DNA of 64,000 nucleotides, from contig NC_042999.1 in the NCBI RefSeq assembly GCF_006345805.1, positions 82,708,001-82,772,000 on the forward strand, written 5' to 3'. The notes under the pieces were generated by a model that worked only from the letters and a program-made list of their open reading frames with translations, was not told where the DNA came from and searched no databases. The position numbers were made by a program, and so were the translations under genes. The DNA comes from Octopus sinensis. Taxonomy: Eukaryota. Numbering within the stretch: position 1 is the first letter of the stretch; each line of letters opens with the position of its first letter. This document shows, one piece after another, positions 41,520-52,531 of this stretch.

Positions 41520-42544
41520 TCTCAATTTTACAACCGAAAGGCAGAAATATATACGTCACTAAAGTGCACAAGTCAGCACCATTATTGCCAGTATTGTTAT
41601 ATATTTTTGTCTTTAGGTTGTAAAATTGCGAAAAGGACACCCGTATTATTTATAATTTTCACTTTCACTTATTAATGCTTTTCTTTTTCCTTTTTTTTTT
41701 TTCATTTCTTCATCGTCTTGGAAAATCAGTGTATGATTTCTACGATAATCTCATAAACTGACGAGGCAAATCCAATTTAACCCAAAGCATTGACGAGCAT
41801 TAAATTGAATGCGAAATCACTGTGATCTGGCTATGCCTAGGCGCTGAGGGAACTTGCCTCCCTTGAAAGTCATTAAGGTAAGGTTCTTCTTGTGGCACCA
41901 TTAAGACAATGTGCTTCTTATTTCTAGCAACAATGGTGCTGACCAGTGCCGTCAGTGGTATGTTTGTGCGTGTTTGTGAGTAAACACAGACACCTACGTA
42001 GTCAAGTACGAGCGCAAAGAGAAGTTGCACGAAGAACAACGCGGACATGCAAAGCTATTCTATCTCATCCCTCATGCATACACATCCTCCCCTATACGTA
42101 CACAAACACGAACTGTTCTTTACATTCATGCTCCAGTCTTAAAAATATTCCAAATCCTACACTTTACCTTCCGGTCATTCAACGGTCGGCATGTCGGTCA
42201 ACGACACGTAGCATTTTCACCAAGTCTGCACTTAATAATGTTTTTCTTTTTTCTTTCTTTTTCATTTCTTCATCGTCTTTCACTCCCGCTTTCACTCTAC
42301 ATTCTGTCTGAAGAAATACAATGCTCGAAACGCTATAACAATTAACATTTTGCATTTCTTAAAGCCTCAAGTTGATAATTTTCATTGTAAACGAACCCCA
42401 TCTTTTTTTTTTATCTTGCTTTTATCGTTTGCCATATGTGCATGTTTGTATATATGCATGCGTAAATATATAGATATACGCTTATATCTGTACACATGCA
42501 CACTCACACACACACACCACACACATACACACACACACACATAT

Positions 42545-42589
<45 letters not shown>

Positions 42590-42628
42590 TATATATATAT
42601 ACTTACTCAAGCATATATATATATATGT

Positions 42629-42681
<53 letters not shown>

Positions 42682-44448
42682 AGACAGACAGACATGGATG
42701 CAAACATATAATCATACAAATGTATACAAATACATACATACAGATAGACAGTCAGACAGATATACGTATGTGCAGTGACCTACGCAAATTTTTAGCCACC
42801 TGTAGATTTTTCGCTTCGAAGTTATATTATTACATTTGTTTCCTCTTGTTTTGCTCGTACAGCATCATTTTGATTGTGTTTTTAGATCAATTGCACTTCA
42901 GCCTGATAAAACACAGCGATGAAAATTATTTCTTCGTTGTTTGTACATTTACACGGCAAAGAGAGATAAAATTGTCTTGCCAGAAGCCACAGTTTTTTTT
43001 TTAATACTTTTTTCCTTAGTGAAGTAAATTTAAGTTGAATGGGAAAAATGTGAGTGTGTGTGTGTGTATTTGGTTGTTTGTGTGCATGCGTGCGTGTGTT
43101 TGTGTGTGAGAGAGGAGAAGAAAGAAAGAAAGGAAGGAAGGAAGGAAGGAAGAAAGGAAGGAAGACAGACAGAAAGATTTTCCTAAAAGTTAAGTATTTA
43201 AAAAAAAAAAACTTGAAAAACAGAATGCCACGAACGTTTTACATCTTGTGTTAACACTGTCGTTGTACAACTTTTCAAACAAACATGTTACGGAGTAATC
43301 CTTCTAGAGGAAGTTGTTTTCAATATTGGTACTGACTATTTCTCGTTTAGTTTTGGATTTGGTATTCTAATAAAGTATTCTTCTTTTGCCTTTCGTACTT
43401 GATCATTTTCTTTTTATATTTTGAAAAGAAAAAAAAGAAATGTATTGAATTTTACATTTGGACAAAATGTCTACATGTTTACTACATACGATGAACCTAA
43501 ATTTGCTGCTTGTGTACTCTGACACGGTTAATTAATTTTGTTTCTGTTTTGCCGATGTAATTCTCACTGCATTGTAGGCGTGTGATGCAATAAATGAAAT
43601 TTTTTTGTTTCGCAACACATGCATTCATTCACCTTCAATTTCTTTATATACTTGAATGTTTCGGTTGTGCTTTCTTTAATTATTTCACACGCCCCAAAGC
43701 GAGGGTCTCCACAGTTTGTTGCCCGCGTTATTTCTTTCTCTGATGTGAATTTCGCTTTTGTTAAAATATCTTTTGAGATTCGGTAGTCGTCTTTGACTTT
43801 CGATAATTTACGATTCTTTAATTATTTGTCAGAGATTCGAAGATGTATTATAACGGTGTTTTATAGCTTTCTATCGTATACCCATGCTATATACAGAATG
43901 TTAATTTGAACATGTTCTACAAATTTCTACCCAGCCGACCTGGATATCTGCGACAGCGATAATTTCTACATCAGGAGAGGTTAAATCTGCCTAAACATGC
44001 AGTTGTTAGTGAATACTTGGTACTGAAGACGCACAAAAAAAAACGATGTAAAGAGGTAGCAATTCCACTGTCTCTTCTGGACGATTTGTCTGCTACTGAT
44101 ATAGTTCTATGCTTTTTCAAACTATTATACGTCTATACGAGATGTTTTCTTGAGACAAACATCATAGTTTTATGACTTTCTACGGTAGATCCACGTTAAG
44201 AAGATACACAGTATGCTATTTTAAACTAATACTGCTTCCGTTGCTAATGTGACTATATACGTGTGTGTGTGTGGAGAGAGAGAGAGGGGGGAGGGAAAGA
44301 GAAGGGAATAGAAAGTGGGAAGAAGCAGCAGGCTAACAGACAGTGAAATTGTGAGGAAACGTTGGGGAAGAGAGAATATGTAGGTCATACCTGAAAAAAA
44401 ATAAAGAATTAAAGAAAAGAAAGAATAAGAATAAGTGAGGAGAGAATA

Positions 44449-44485
<37 letters not shown>

Positions 44486-44821
44486 AGAGAGTTTATGTCT
44501 TTAGGGTGTTATGAGACAAGTGGTAGAGGAGAGCGAATTTGCTAAGGAATTTGAGGATTGTAACCAAACACACAATATAGAATAGGTACACGCTTACATA
44601 AATGTATACAAACACACCTATATGCTTATGCGTGTGTATGTGTGTGTGTGTATGAGTGCGTGTGTATATTAAGGTTTAGATACAGGTAGTCACATTGACA
44701 CAGAGAACGCCGTCCCCTCCAGCTAACAATTTTGTGAGCTACCATCTATCCGAACAACCAAGCACACATACCTCAACTCTCTATCTCCCCATCTCTTTCC
44801 CTTATCTGTGTGTGTGTGTGT

Positions 44822-44887
<66 letters not shown>

Positions 44888-45053
44888 ATTCTTCTTACCC
44901 ACATCCTACCTCTCGCTACAAGGTATTATGTCCTACCATTGTCGCCATTCTTTAACCACTGCTTTCAGTTATGTTGTCACTATCAGTACACCACCTCAGT
45001 AACCACTACAGCTACTACCACCAATACTGGCAGCATAGTCGCAGCCACTGTGA

Positions 45054-45357
45054 AGGCGCATGGCTCAGTAGTTAGAGTAATCGGACTCACAATCATGAGG
45101 TAATGAGTTCGATTCCCGGACCGGGGTGCGTGTAGTATTCTTGAGCAAGACACTTTATGTCACGTTGTTCCAGTTCACTCAGCTGTAGAAATGAGTTGTG
45201 ACGTCATTGTACCAAGTTGTATTGGCCTTTGCCTTTCCCTTGAGTAACATCAGTGGCATGGAGAAGGGAGGCTGCTTGCCAAGACTTGTGCTTTGGGGGG
45301 TAACTTTCTAGGTTTAATCCCATGGTCATTCATGACCGAAGGAGGTGTTTACCCTTT
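45054..45357 (+). mobile_element. SINE family D, near full length
   Basis: Head GGCGCATGGCTCAGTAGTTAGAG, B box GAGTTCGATTCCC, CTTGAGCAAGACAC, tail CATGACCGAAGG..TTTACCCTTT. Confidence 0.88.
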
Positions 45358-45959
45358 TGCTTTAGACACAGCCATTAATAAATGCAAGCAATATCAAGCC
45401 ATTACAAACGGGTTCCTCTTTTATAAGTCGCACACCTTGCTAGAAATAGCAGCCAAGTCTCTCTAAAATCACAACTCTACTGCCTAATAAAAAGACTCGT
45501 TGGATAATCTTGAGTTTCCTGTGTTCATGAAACTGCTGTAATATATTGGATAACACATCTTTCAACCAAGATTGACCACAGCTAAGAAACAGCTTTAACT
45601 ATTACAACTGCTACGGAATACCCATGCGATCGCTCGACCTGAAAAAGAAAATTTACATGTATCATAGGTTTTATAAAACATGAGCAAAAATACTCAAAAC
45701 AGGAGTAGAGTATAAAAATTTGTTGTAGCCCTGAGATTGCTCTCTCCTACTAATCATCGTTTCTTGATCGCGTAATTATCTTAATATATATGTAATATTA
45801 TATAATGAAATTTAAATCAAAAATAAAGGTTAAGGAGCCATGGAATGACATTGGATAATTAAGATGGGAGAAACGCACAGAATGTAGAAAGCACCACATC
45901 ACACCACCCCGCTAGCACTGACCACTTCCCAGCACTCCACACCATCATCCACACACCTA

Positions 45960-46320
45960 CACATGCACACACGCACACGTTAAGGTCACTAGCCCCTATC
46001 CACATGCACATACATGCTCTCACATACACACGCACGCGTACCTTCATTTTGGGATCACCACTTCTTTATCATCTCCCCTTCTTCCTAGCTCTCCAGTTTG
46101 ACCACTTCTGTCCGGCATTCGCCATAATTGATCGCTAGCAACTAAACCATCTTTTTTTTTTTTCTTTCTGCTTATTTCTGTGTTCCTTTCTGTTGAAGAG
46201 CGAAGGCTCGAAACGTAAAATACTTTTTCACTTCCCGAATGTTAAACTAATACATCTGTTTATTGTTTACACACCCGTTTTCGTCTTTTATTTATTTTTT
46301 TTTGTAAATTTCAACTAGAT
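45960..46320 (+). mobile_element. PLE pLTR-like repeat with hammerhead-like motif (46186-46221)
   Basis: CTTT-CTGTTGA-A-GAGC-gaag-GCTC-GAA-ACGT-A-AAAT; body and tail shared with 35022-35462. Confidence 0.75.
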
Positions 46321-46372
46321 ATATATATATATACACACACACACGCACACATATATATATATATACATACAT

Positions 46373-46454
<82 letters not shown>

Positions 46455-48184
46455 TGTGTGTATACATATATACATGTGTGTGAGTGTGTGAAGATAGATA
46501 GATAGACAGATATGCCTCAGTAAATTAAATATTGATGTTATGCAAAGAATGTCAGACAAGTACAAATTTCGATCTCGAAAATGTCTAGCGCATAACAAAG
46601 TATTGGAAAATTTGGAATCTAATCTTTATCTAATGATCAAAATGTTACGATTCAAAAAACTATAATAACGATTTTAAAAAAGTTTCTTATTAAAATAAGA
46701 ATTATAACTGCAAGTATATTCTTCCAGACAAAACTCAAAAAAAAAATCTTCATTAACTGACATTTCTACCTACAATGAAATTCTTTAAAATACTGAAACA
46801 AACCATTGAAAAATTCTTAGCACAAAAAATACTATCAATATGAAATATGTGCACTAAGATAGCAACTTAAGATAGGTGGCAGAGCTGAATGTCTTGAACG
46901 TCAACCATATATAACTTAGAAATTCTGCAAGGATAGAGTTTTATCTATTCCTAAGTGTGAACTAATTCATCCGAAAAAGTGTGAATTGCATGTAATTGAA
47001 TTTATTTTAGCTTCCATTAATTCAAAAATTAACAGCCAACTAGTTTAGCTTTATAGAACAACAGCATGTCTGTAATTAAGAGGGTTAATAGCATAGAAGC
47101 TAAACGAAAATTTTAAATCATTCAATTTGACATGATGAAGTTTTATTCCCCTATTACAAAATGTTTGATTCTAAAAACTTCAACATTTGGTAATGCAATG
47201 TGTGACATTAATAGTACGGATATTAAAGTTATAATGAATACTCGAAAGTCGTTGCTTTTCCATGACAATTCTTTAGCGCAAAGCATAATGTAGTTCGATG
47301 CAGCTCTGCGTGAAGTTACAACAGAGGAGAGGTTTCTGGATTATTCGCTTTTTAAACATTAGACAAACTCTGTATAGAAACGACTGACGCTACCTTATAT
47401 GGATTCAGAAAACATTTCATAAGCAGAACAAGAAATAATTAAAGTGATTAATTTCCCGAAATATTACATTAACCTGAATGCAAACATATTTTCTCTTCAG
47501 AAAACCTAATATAAATAAGATATCTAAACACCTGCTCACTAGATTTTTCATAGTCTTGAAAAATCTAGTGAGCAGTATTAGAAGACAAATTGTCAACATT
47601 TCTTTTCATGAAGAATCTTTTAACCTTATATATTATAATAATGCTTTAGTTGTATTAGTTCAAATTAGTAATCTGTATTTCATACTTAAAGTATATGTAT
47701 TTTTGAAAGGCTTCTAAATTGCAGTGGGTCTCAACAAAGCATCTCTTATAGACGTATGGAGTTAAAAGATACACAGACATACTAATTCCGTTACTATTAA
47801 CGAATTTTTATTCATCCTGCCAGCTAAATGCAACGTCAGTGATATTTCATTTACTGTTTAGCTATATCAGCTACCAGCCTATTTTCGAGTAGCACACAGC
47901 GCCAGAGAATAACTTGCAACTAATGAAGCTCAAAGAACCAGAAATCCGTATTCAGCAATGCCACCACCGCTAGGCGACAATTTTCGTCTGTTGCGAGGTG
48001 ATGGTGGAGGAGGTGGTGACGGACTAGATATGCTTCGTCGTTGTCCTCCTCAAGCATTTTCAAAGATATTTCTCAAGTTGAGCACTTTTCGATTTTAAGA
48101 GATTTGGCTGCAATTTATTCCTACCTCATCTATCTTGTTTGTACCCGTAGAGGTCTCTGGCCTTAGTTCAGACATACACACACA

Positions 48185-48243
<59 letters not shown>

Positions 48244-48274
48244 CTTTGTAGGAAGTTAACTATATGGCCAGTCA

Positions 48275-48338
48275 TAGAGTAACCAATGGTTTCGCATCCA
48301 TAAAGCTCTTAGCCTTATAGACGCCTCGTCGGACTCTA
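48275..48338 (-). ncRNA. Type I hammerhead ribozyme in the PLE 3' region
   Basis: Minus: TAGAGT-CCGACGA-G-[13-bp stem II, loop TAAGA]-GAA-ACC-att-GGT-T-ACTCTA. Stem I is a perfect 6 bp; cleavage triplet GUU. Confidence 0.75.
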
Positions 48339-48519
48339 ATGGCCACAGGTATATAACCTCTTTTCAAATTGGAGATAGAAAAACGTTACGGCCATTTAAT
48401 TTTTGTAAGCAAAAAAATATCTATTTTCCGAAGTAGGACGGGGTTTTTGCTCTTAGATCAGTTCCAGATGGCAAATTTTTTTACGACTCTAATCAACAAA
48501 TGGGGAATCCTACACTTGC

Positions 48520-49280
48520 AGTAGGTAGCGTTTAAAGTCTGGAGAAGGACCAAAGATCTCTTTTCTGGAATTCAAAAGTGCCCGGATCTAGTGAGTCTTT
48601 TAGGATCCTTGCCTGCTCTGCTGTGCAAAGCTTGCATCGTCTGCTCCCGTTTACATAAGACCCCGGTTGTTCAAGGACCCTCCATTTAATATCAGAACCT
48701 TCAACCTTTGGGCGCTACACGTGGCTGGACAGGGACAAGACGTAACGCCTTTCCGGAATCCTAAAAGACGACGTGTGGTTGTACAAGAGTCACTTAAAGG
48801 CAGCTCCGTCCAAACCGATGTATCTCCGAATTTGTGTGCTGGGTGCATTATCGCCTCTGATCTTTATTCCGTTATCCCCGGTTCTGATATTGCTGCTGCT
48901 GTTATTGGAGCTATTGTCAGGAATATTACTACTGGGCGTGAGTTTTGTAGTTCCGCTGTTGCTGGCATAGTAGGCATCTCCGACCGCAGTGTTGATGTTG
49001 CTACTGGTGGTGGTGGTGGTGGTGTTGCTGGAGCTTTTGTCAATGTTGTTATTTCTGGGCGTGAGACCGGTAGTTCCCCTGTTGCTGGCGGAACAGTTAT
49101 CTCCGGCTGTAATTCTGATGTTGGTCGCCGCTGCCATTGTTGTTGCCTTTGTTGCTCGATGTGCTGCTGCTGTTACTCTGGTTGTTATGCCAGTTACCAC
49201 TACGGCCTTATATAGGACACCTCGGCCTCGAATTGGCCTCCCACTGAGCAGTCATTGTACTGTCTTCATGAACAACCTGC
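48520..49280 (-). pseudogene. PLE GIY-YIG endonuclease remnant with a long insertion
   Basis: GVLY at 49210-49221 and YIG at 48814-48822 are in one frame; downstream NH..SF, IKW and CxLC motifs follow, with stops. Confidence 0.75.
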
Positions 49281-50423
49281 GTCTGCTCGCATTTTAGGGA
49301 CGTTCACTAAGTTTTTCAATGCTGGGTGAGCAACTAAAGGAGACCCCTATACTGTGCTTATTGTGCAAACTTCCGTACCTATGGAACTACGTAAAGTGCC
49401 TGTACACTAACCTATGGAAAATCCTTACCACACACGTTTTAAAATTGGGAAAGAGAGGTGAAGCAAACCAAACGACTTTCCGGTGGTGCTTCCTTTTGCG
49501 GGCAGGTGCTAGGCTCCAGCATATAGGAGATGCGGGTTTTAAAACCACTGGATGCCAGGGCCTCGTTATGATAGGGGGCCGCGACGTCGAGGTCTCTTGA
49601 TTCGATGACATGTTCGAGATGCTTCTTTTTCGGATATATGAACTAAACAGATAGATTGATTAATAGGTATGTAGGTAGGTAGGTAGGTAGGTAGGTACAG
49701 ATAGATAGATCGATCGATCAAATCCGAAAAAGAAACATCCGAACCTATATATATATATACATACATACATACATACTACATACATACATACATACATACA
49801 TACATACATACATACACTTCTTTTTTTGGGGTGGGGTGAAACATTGCAACCTGCTGTTTATATAAATTTTGTGTATATATATAAAGTTTCTTGGATGTGA
49901 TTTGAGATTTGGCTGTTTGGTTTCAATACGTTGCTACAGAGGCAATTGTTACCAGACATGTCGTGTTGGTTGCTTGTAAATAAATCACAATCTTTGAGTT
50001 TTCGTAACTTAATTATTTCTTTTTTGTCTTTGGTTTCGAAGACTTGATGCAAATTCCGTGAGTAAAAAGCAGATTTTGATGTATCTCGGGAAGGTCAATA
50101 TGTCAGTAATAAATACAAGCACTGGTTTTATTGCACTTCTGTTATTATTTCCATTTTATTTCTTAGAGGTTTTGATTTTACTTGCCTCGGACAGTTCTAT
50201 GGGAGCGGACAGCGACCCGTTAAAAACATATTGAATAATGATTTAGCATTATTAACACAATGAAAGGGCACAAAACCAGCTGGAATATTAAGAGACATAT
50301 GAGGTCATTTCACAGCGCTACACTACTCTTTTGTTACACACTGTACTTTAGTGATTCTGTTTGCGATTTACGTTAAGTGTACAAGCGTCTGTTGAAAGCT
50401 TAGCCACTTAAACAGAAGGCCAA

Positions 50424-50724
50424 AAACCCGCTTCAGTCATGAATGACCATGGGATGGCGCAAGTCCGGGCAATGATGTTTATGGAAGACCAGCAGTCGAC
50501 TTTGCATGCCGACCTCACCTCTCTACGCCACTGGTGTTATCCAAGTGATACAACTTGGCACCAGTGTCGACGTAACTCATTTCTACAGCTGAGTGAACTA
50601 GAGCGACGTGAAATAGAGTGTCTTGCTCAAGAACACAACACAGTACCTCATGATTGCGAGTTCATGATCGAACTCACTACCTCGTGATTGCGAGTCCGAC
50701 GCTTTAACCACAGAGTCATGCGCT
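50424..50724 (-). mobile_element. SINE family D copy
   Basis: GTCATGAATGACCATGGGAT, CATTTCTACAGCTGAGTGAACT, GTGTCTTGCTCAAGAACAC and TTTAACCAC match the reverse complement of 45054-45357. Confidence 0.8.
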
Positions 50725-51375
50725 TACATCATTTCAGAAACAGTTAATCCAATAGAGTGAACAAAATCCTCCTCGTCGATTGCCGAAGATCCCCAGCCGT
50801 TATGATTTACATACACAACTAGTTAAAAGCTGAGAAAAAAACATGACAAGCAGACATTGAGATAAGTGTACATTCAGTCACACAGGGAAAGACTTAGCAG
50901 TGAGAGGTGCAATGAGATTTACAGGTAGTAGGGGTAGTAGTTATTAGGTAGAAGAGGTAGGAGCGGTGAATAACTGAACGCGACATGAGAATGATATTAT
51001 CAGACAGACATCTAAACTTTCAAGTTTTTTGGCTTAAGCTACGGTGACCTACCTGCCTGTTGCTTAGCTGTCATGACTGATTTGTTTACCTCTTTTGGCT
51101 GGGACAAAAGCCTGGAAGGCACGTAGTAGTAGTAGTAGTAGTTACTGTTGATCTTTTTAAACTCAATCTGTTTTCAAGGCAAGGGCAACCTATCTTTACG
51201 ATCAATCTATCTATCATTCTATCTATCTATCATTCTATCTATCTATTTATTTGTCTGTGTGTCTTTTTAACAATCTATCGCTCGATCTGTCTACTTTGTT
51301 ATGCGTATATTGCTACTGCATGGCCGCAGTCTGATGACTGAAACAAGTAAAAGATAATATATATATTCATACAAC

Positions 51376-51534
51376 GGCGCAGGAGTGGCTGTGTGGTAAC
51401 TAGCTTGCTAACCAACCACATGGTTCCTGATTCAGTCCCACTGTGTGGCACCTTGGGCAAGTGTCTTCTACTACAGCCTCGATCCGACCAAAGCTTTGTG
51501 AGTGGATTTGGTAGACGGAAACTCTCGCATATAT

Positions 51535-51630
<96 letters not shown>

Positions 51631-51840
51631 TGTGTCTGTGTTTTTCCACCACCATCATCGCTTAACAACCGATGTTGGTGTGTTTACGTCCCCGTAACCT
51701 AGCAGTTCGGCAAAAGAGACCGATAAGATAAGTACTAGGCTTACAAAGAATAAGTCCTGGGGTGGATTTGTTCCACTAAAGTCGGTCCTCCAGCATGGCC
51801 GCCACAGTCCAATGACTGAAACAAATAAAAGAATAAAAGA
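51376..51840 (+). mobile_element. SINE family C, full length with expanded internal (TA)n(TG)n
   Basis: Head, internal microsatellite and tail as in 28469-28874. Confidence 0.92.
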
Positions 51841-51852
51841 ATATATATATAT

Positions 51853-52041
51853 TCGATCGCTAGCCACTAAGCTTTTTTATTCTCTATCTGTTTATTTCCT
51901 CGTGTTCCTTTCTGTTGAAGAGCGTAGGCTCGAAACGTAAAAGACTTTTTCACCTTCCCGAACGTTAAACTAAAACATCTGTTTGTTATTCACACACCTG
52001 TCTTCGTCTGTTTTGTTTTTTGTTGCTTTTTTTAAAATTCC

Positions 52042-52045
<4 letters not shown>
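51853..52045 (+). mobile_element. PLE pLTR-like repeat with hammerhead-like motif (51908-51943)
   Basis: GATCGCTAGCCACTA..CTTT-CTGTTGA-A-GAGC-gtag-GCTC-GAA-ACGT-A-AAAG. Confidence 0.8.
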
Positions 52046-52079
<34 letters not shown>

Positions 52080-52234
52080 ATATAATATATATATATATAT
52101 ATATATACACATACACACAACTTCCATATAAGAGACCAAGTGTACGTTCGCCGCTATATTTTATATAGAAAAAATACAAAAATGGGACAAGAACGCAACA
52201 CATCCAGACAGTTAGGTGAAACAAAAAAAGAAAA

Positions 52235-52445
52235 ACAAAATATCCAGATAGACGATACAAGGAAAACAAGGACGGATCATTCAGAGTTTTCTATCTTCAG
52301 TCGAGTTCCAGATTATCTTTGCAATTTCTGCTGGTCATACTCGAGATTGCTCCAGTCTGGCCAGCCCCAAAGAAAGATAATCTAAAAGCATTAGATTCCT
52401 TGGAAGGAAGCAACGAATGTATACGAAAATAAGGACGGTAAAAAA
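52235..52445 (-). mobile_element. Dispersed repeat, homologous to 14385-14600
   Basis: Reverse-complement similarity as described for 14385-14600. Confidence 0.7.
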
Positions 52446-52531
52446 CAGAAATGTTACACAAATATAAATAACAGGACATAACAACAGGTTTTCTTCAACT
52501 AAGGACAAATTAAATTAAGCTGGCGTGTGTG

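Larger units (their letters stand above)
48240..49640 (-). mobile_element. 5'-truncated Penelope-like retroelement (RT thumb/linker, GIY-YIG endonuclease, 3' hammerhead)
   Basis: Ordered minus-strand peptides: AAPYHNEALASSGF; RKVVWFASP..KT.V..IF..LV.RHF..SIGVSFSCSP (cf. IIWFNPP..NVKTN..HFP..KVSYSC); CS*R..NDC; GVLYKAVV; YIG..FK..YNHTSSF; IKWRVL..Y.NGSRRCKLCTAE..LNSRKEI. Stops and frameshifts are present. Confidence 0.85.

Noticed and set aside
47930-48050. Minus-strand Ser/Pro/Arg-rich peptide (QRRSISSPSPPPPPSPRNRR)
   Set aside because: Bounded by stops, weak splice sites, low complexity.
48667-49215. 182-aa plus-strand ORF
   Set aside because: Antisense shadow of the low-complexity insert in the minus-strand PLE endonuclease.
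51328-51345. CTGATGACTGAAAC string
   Set aside because: A mutated SINE family C tail with no room for stem II; not a ribozyme.
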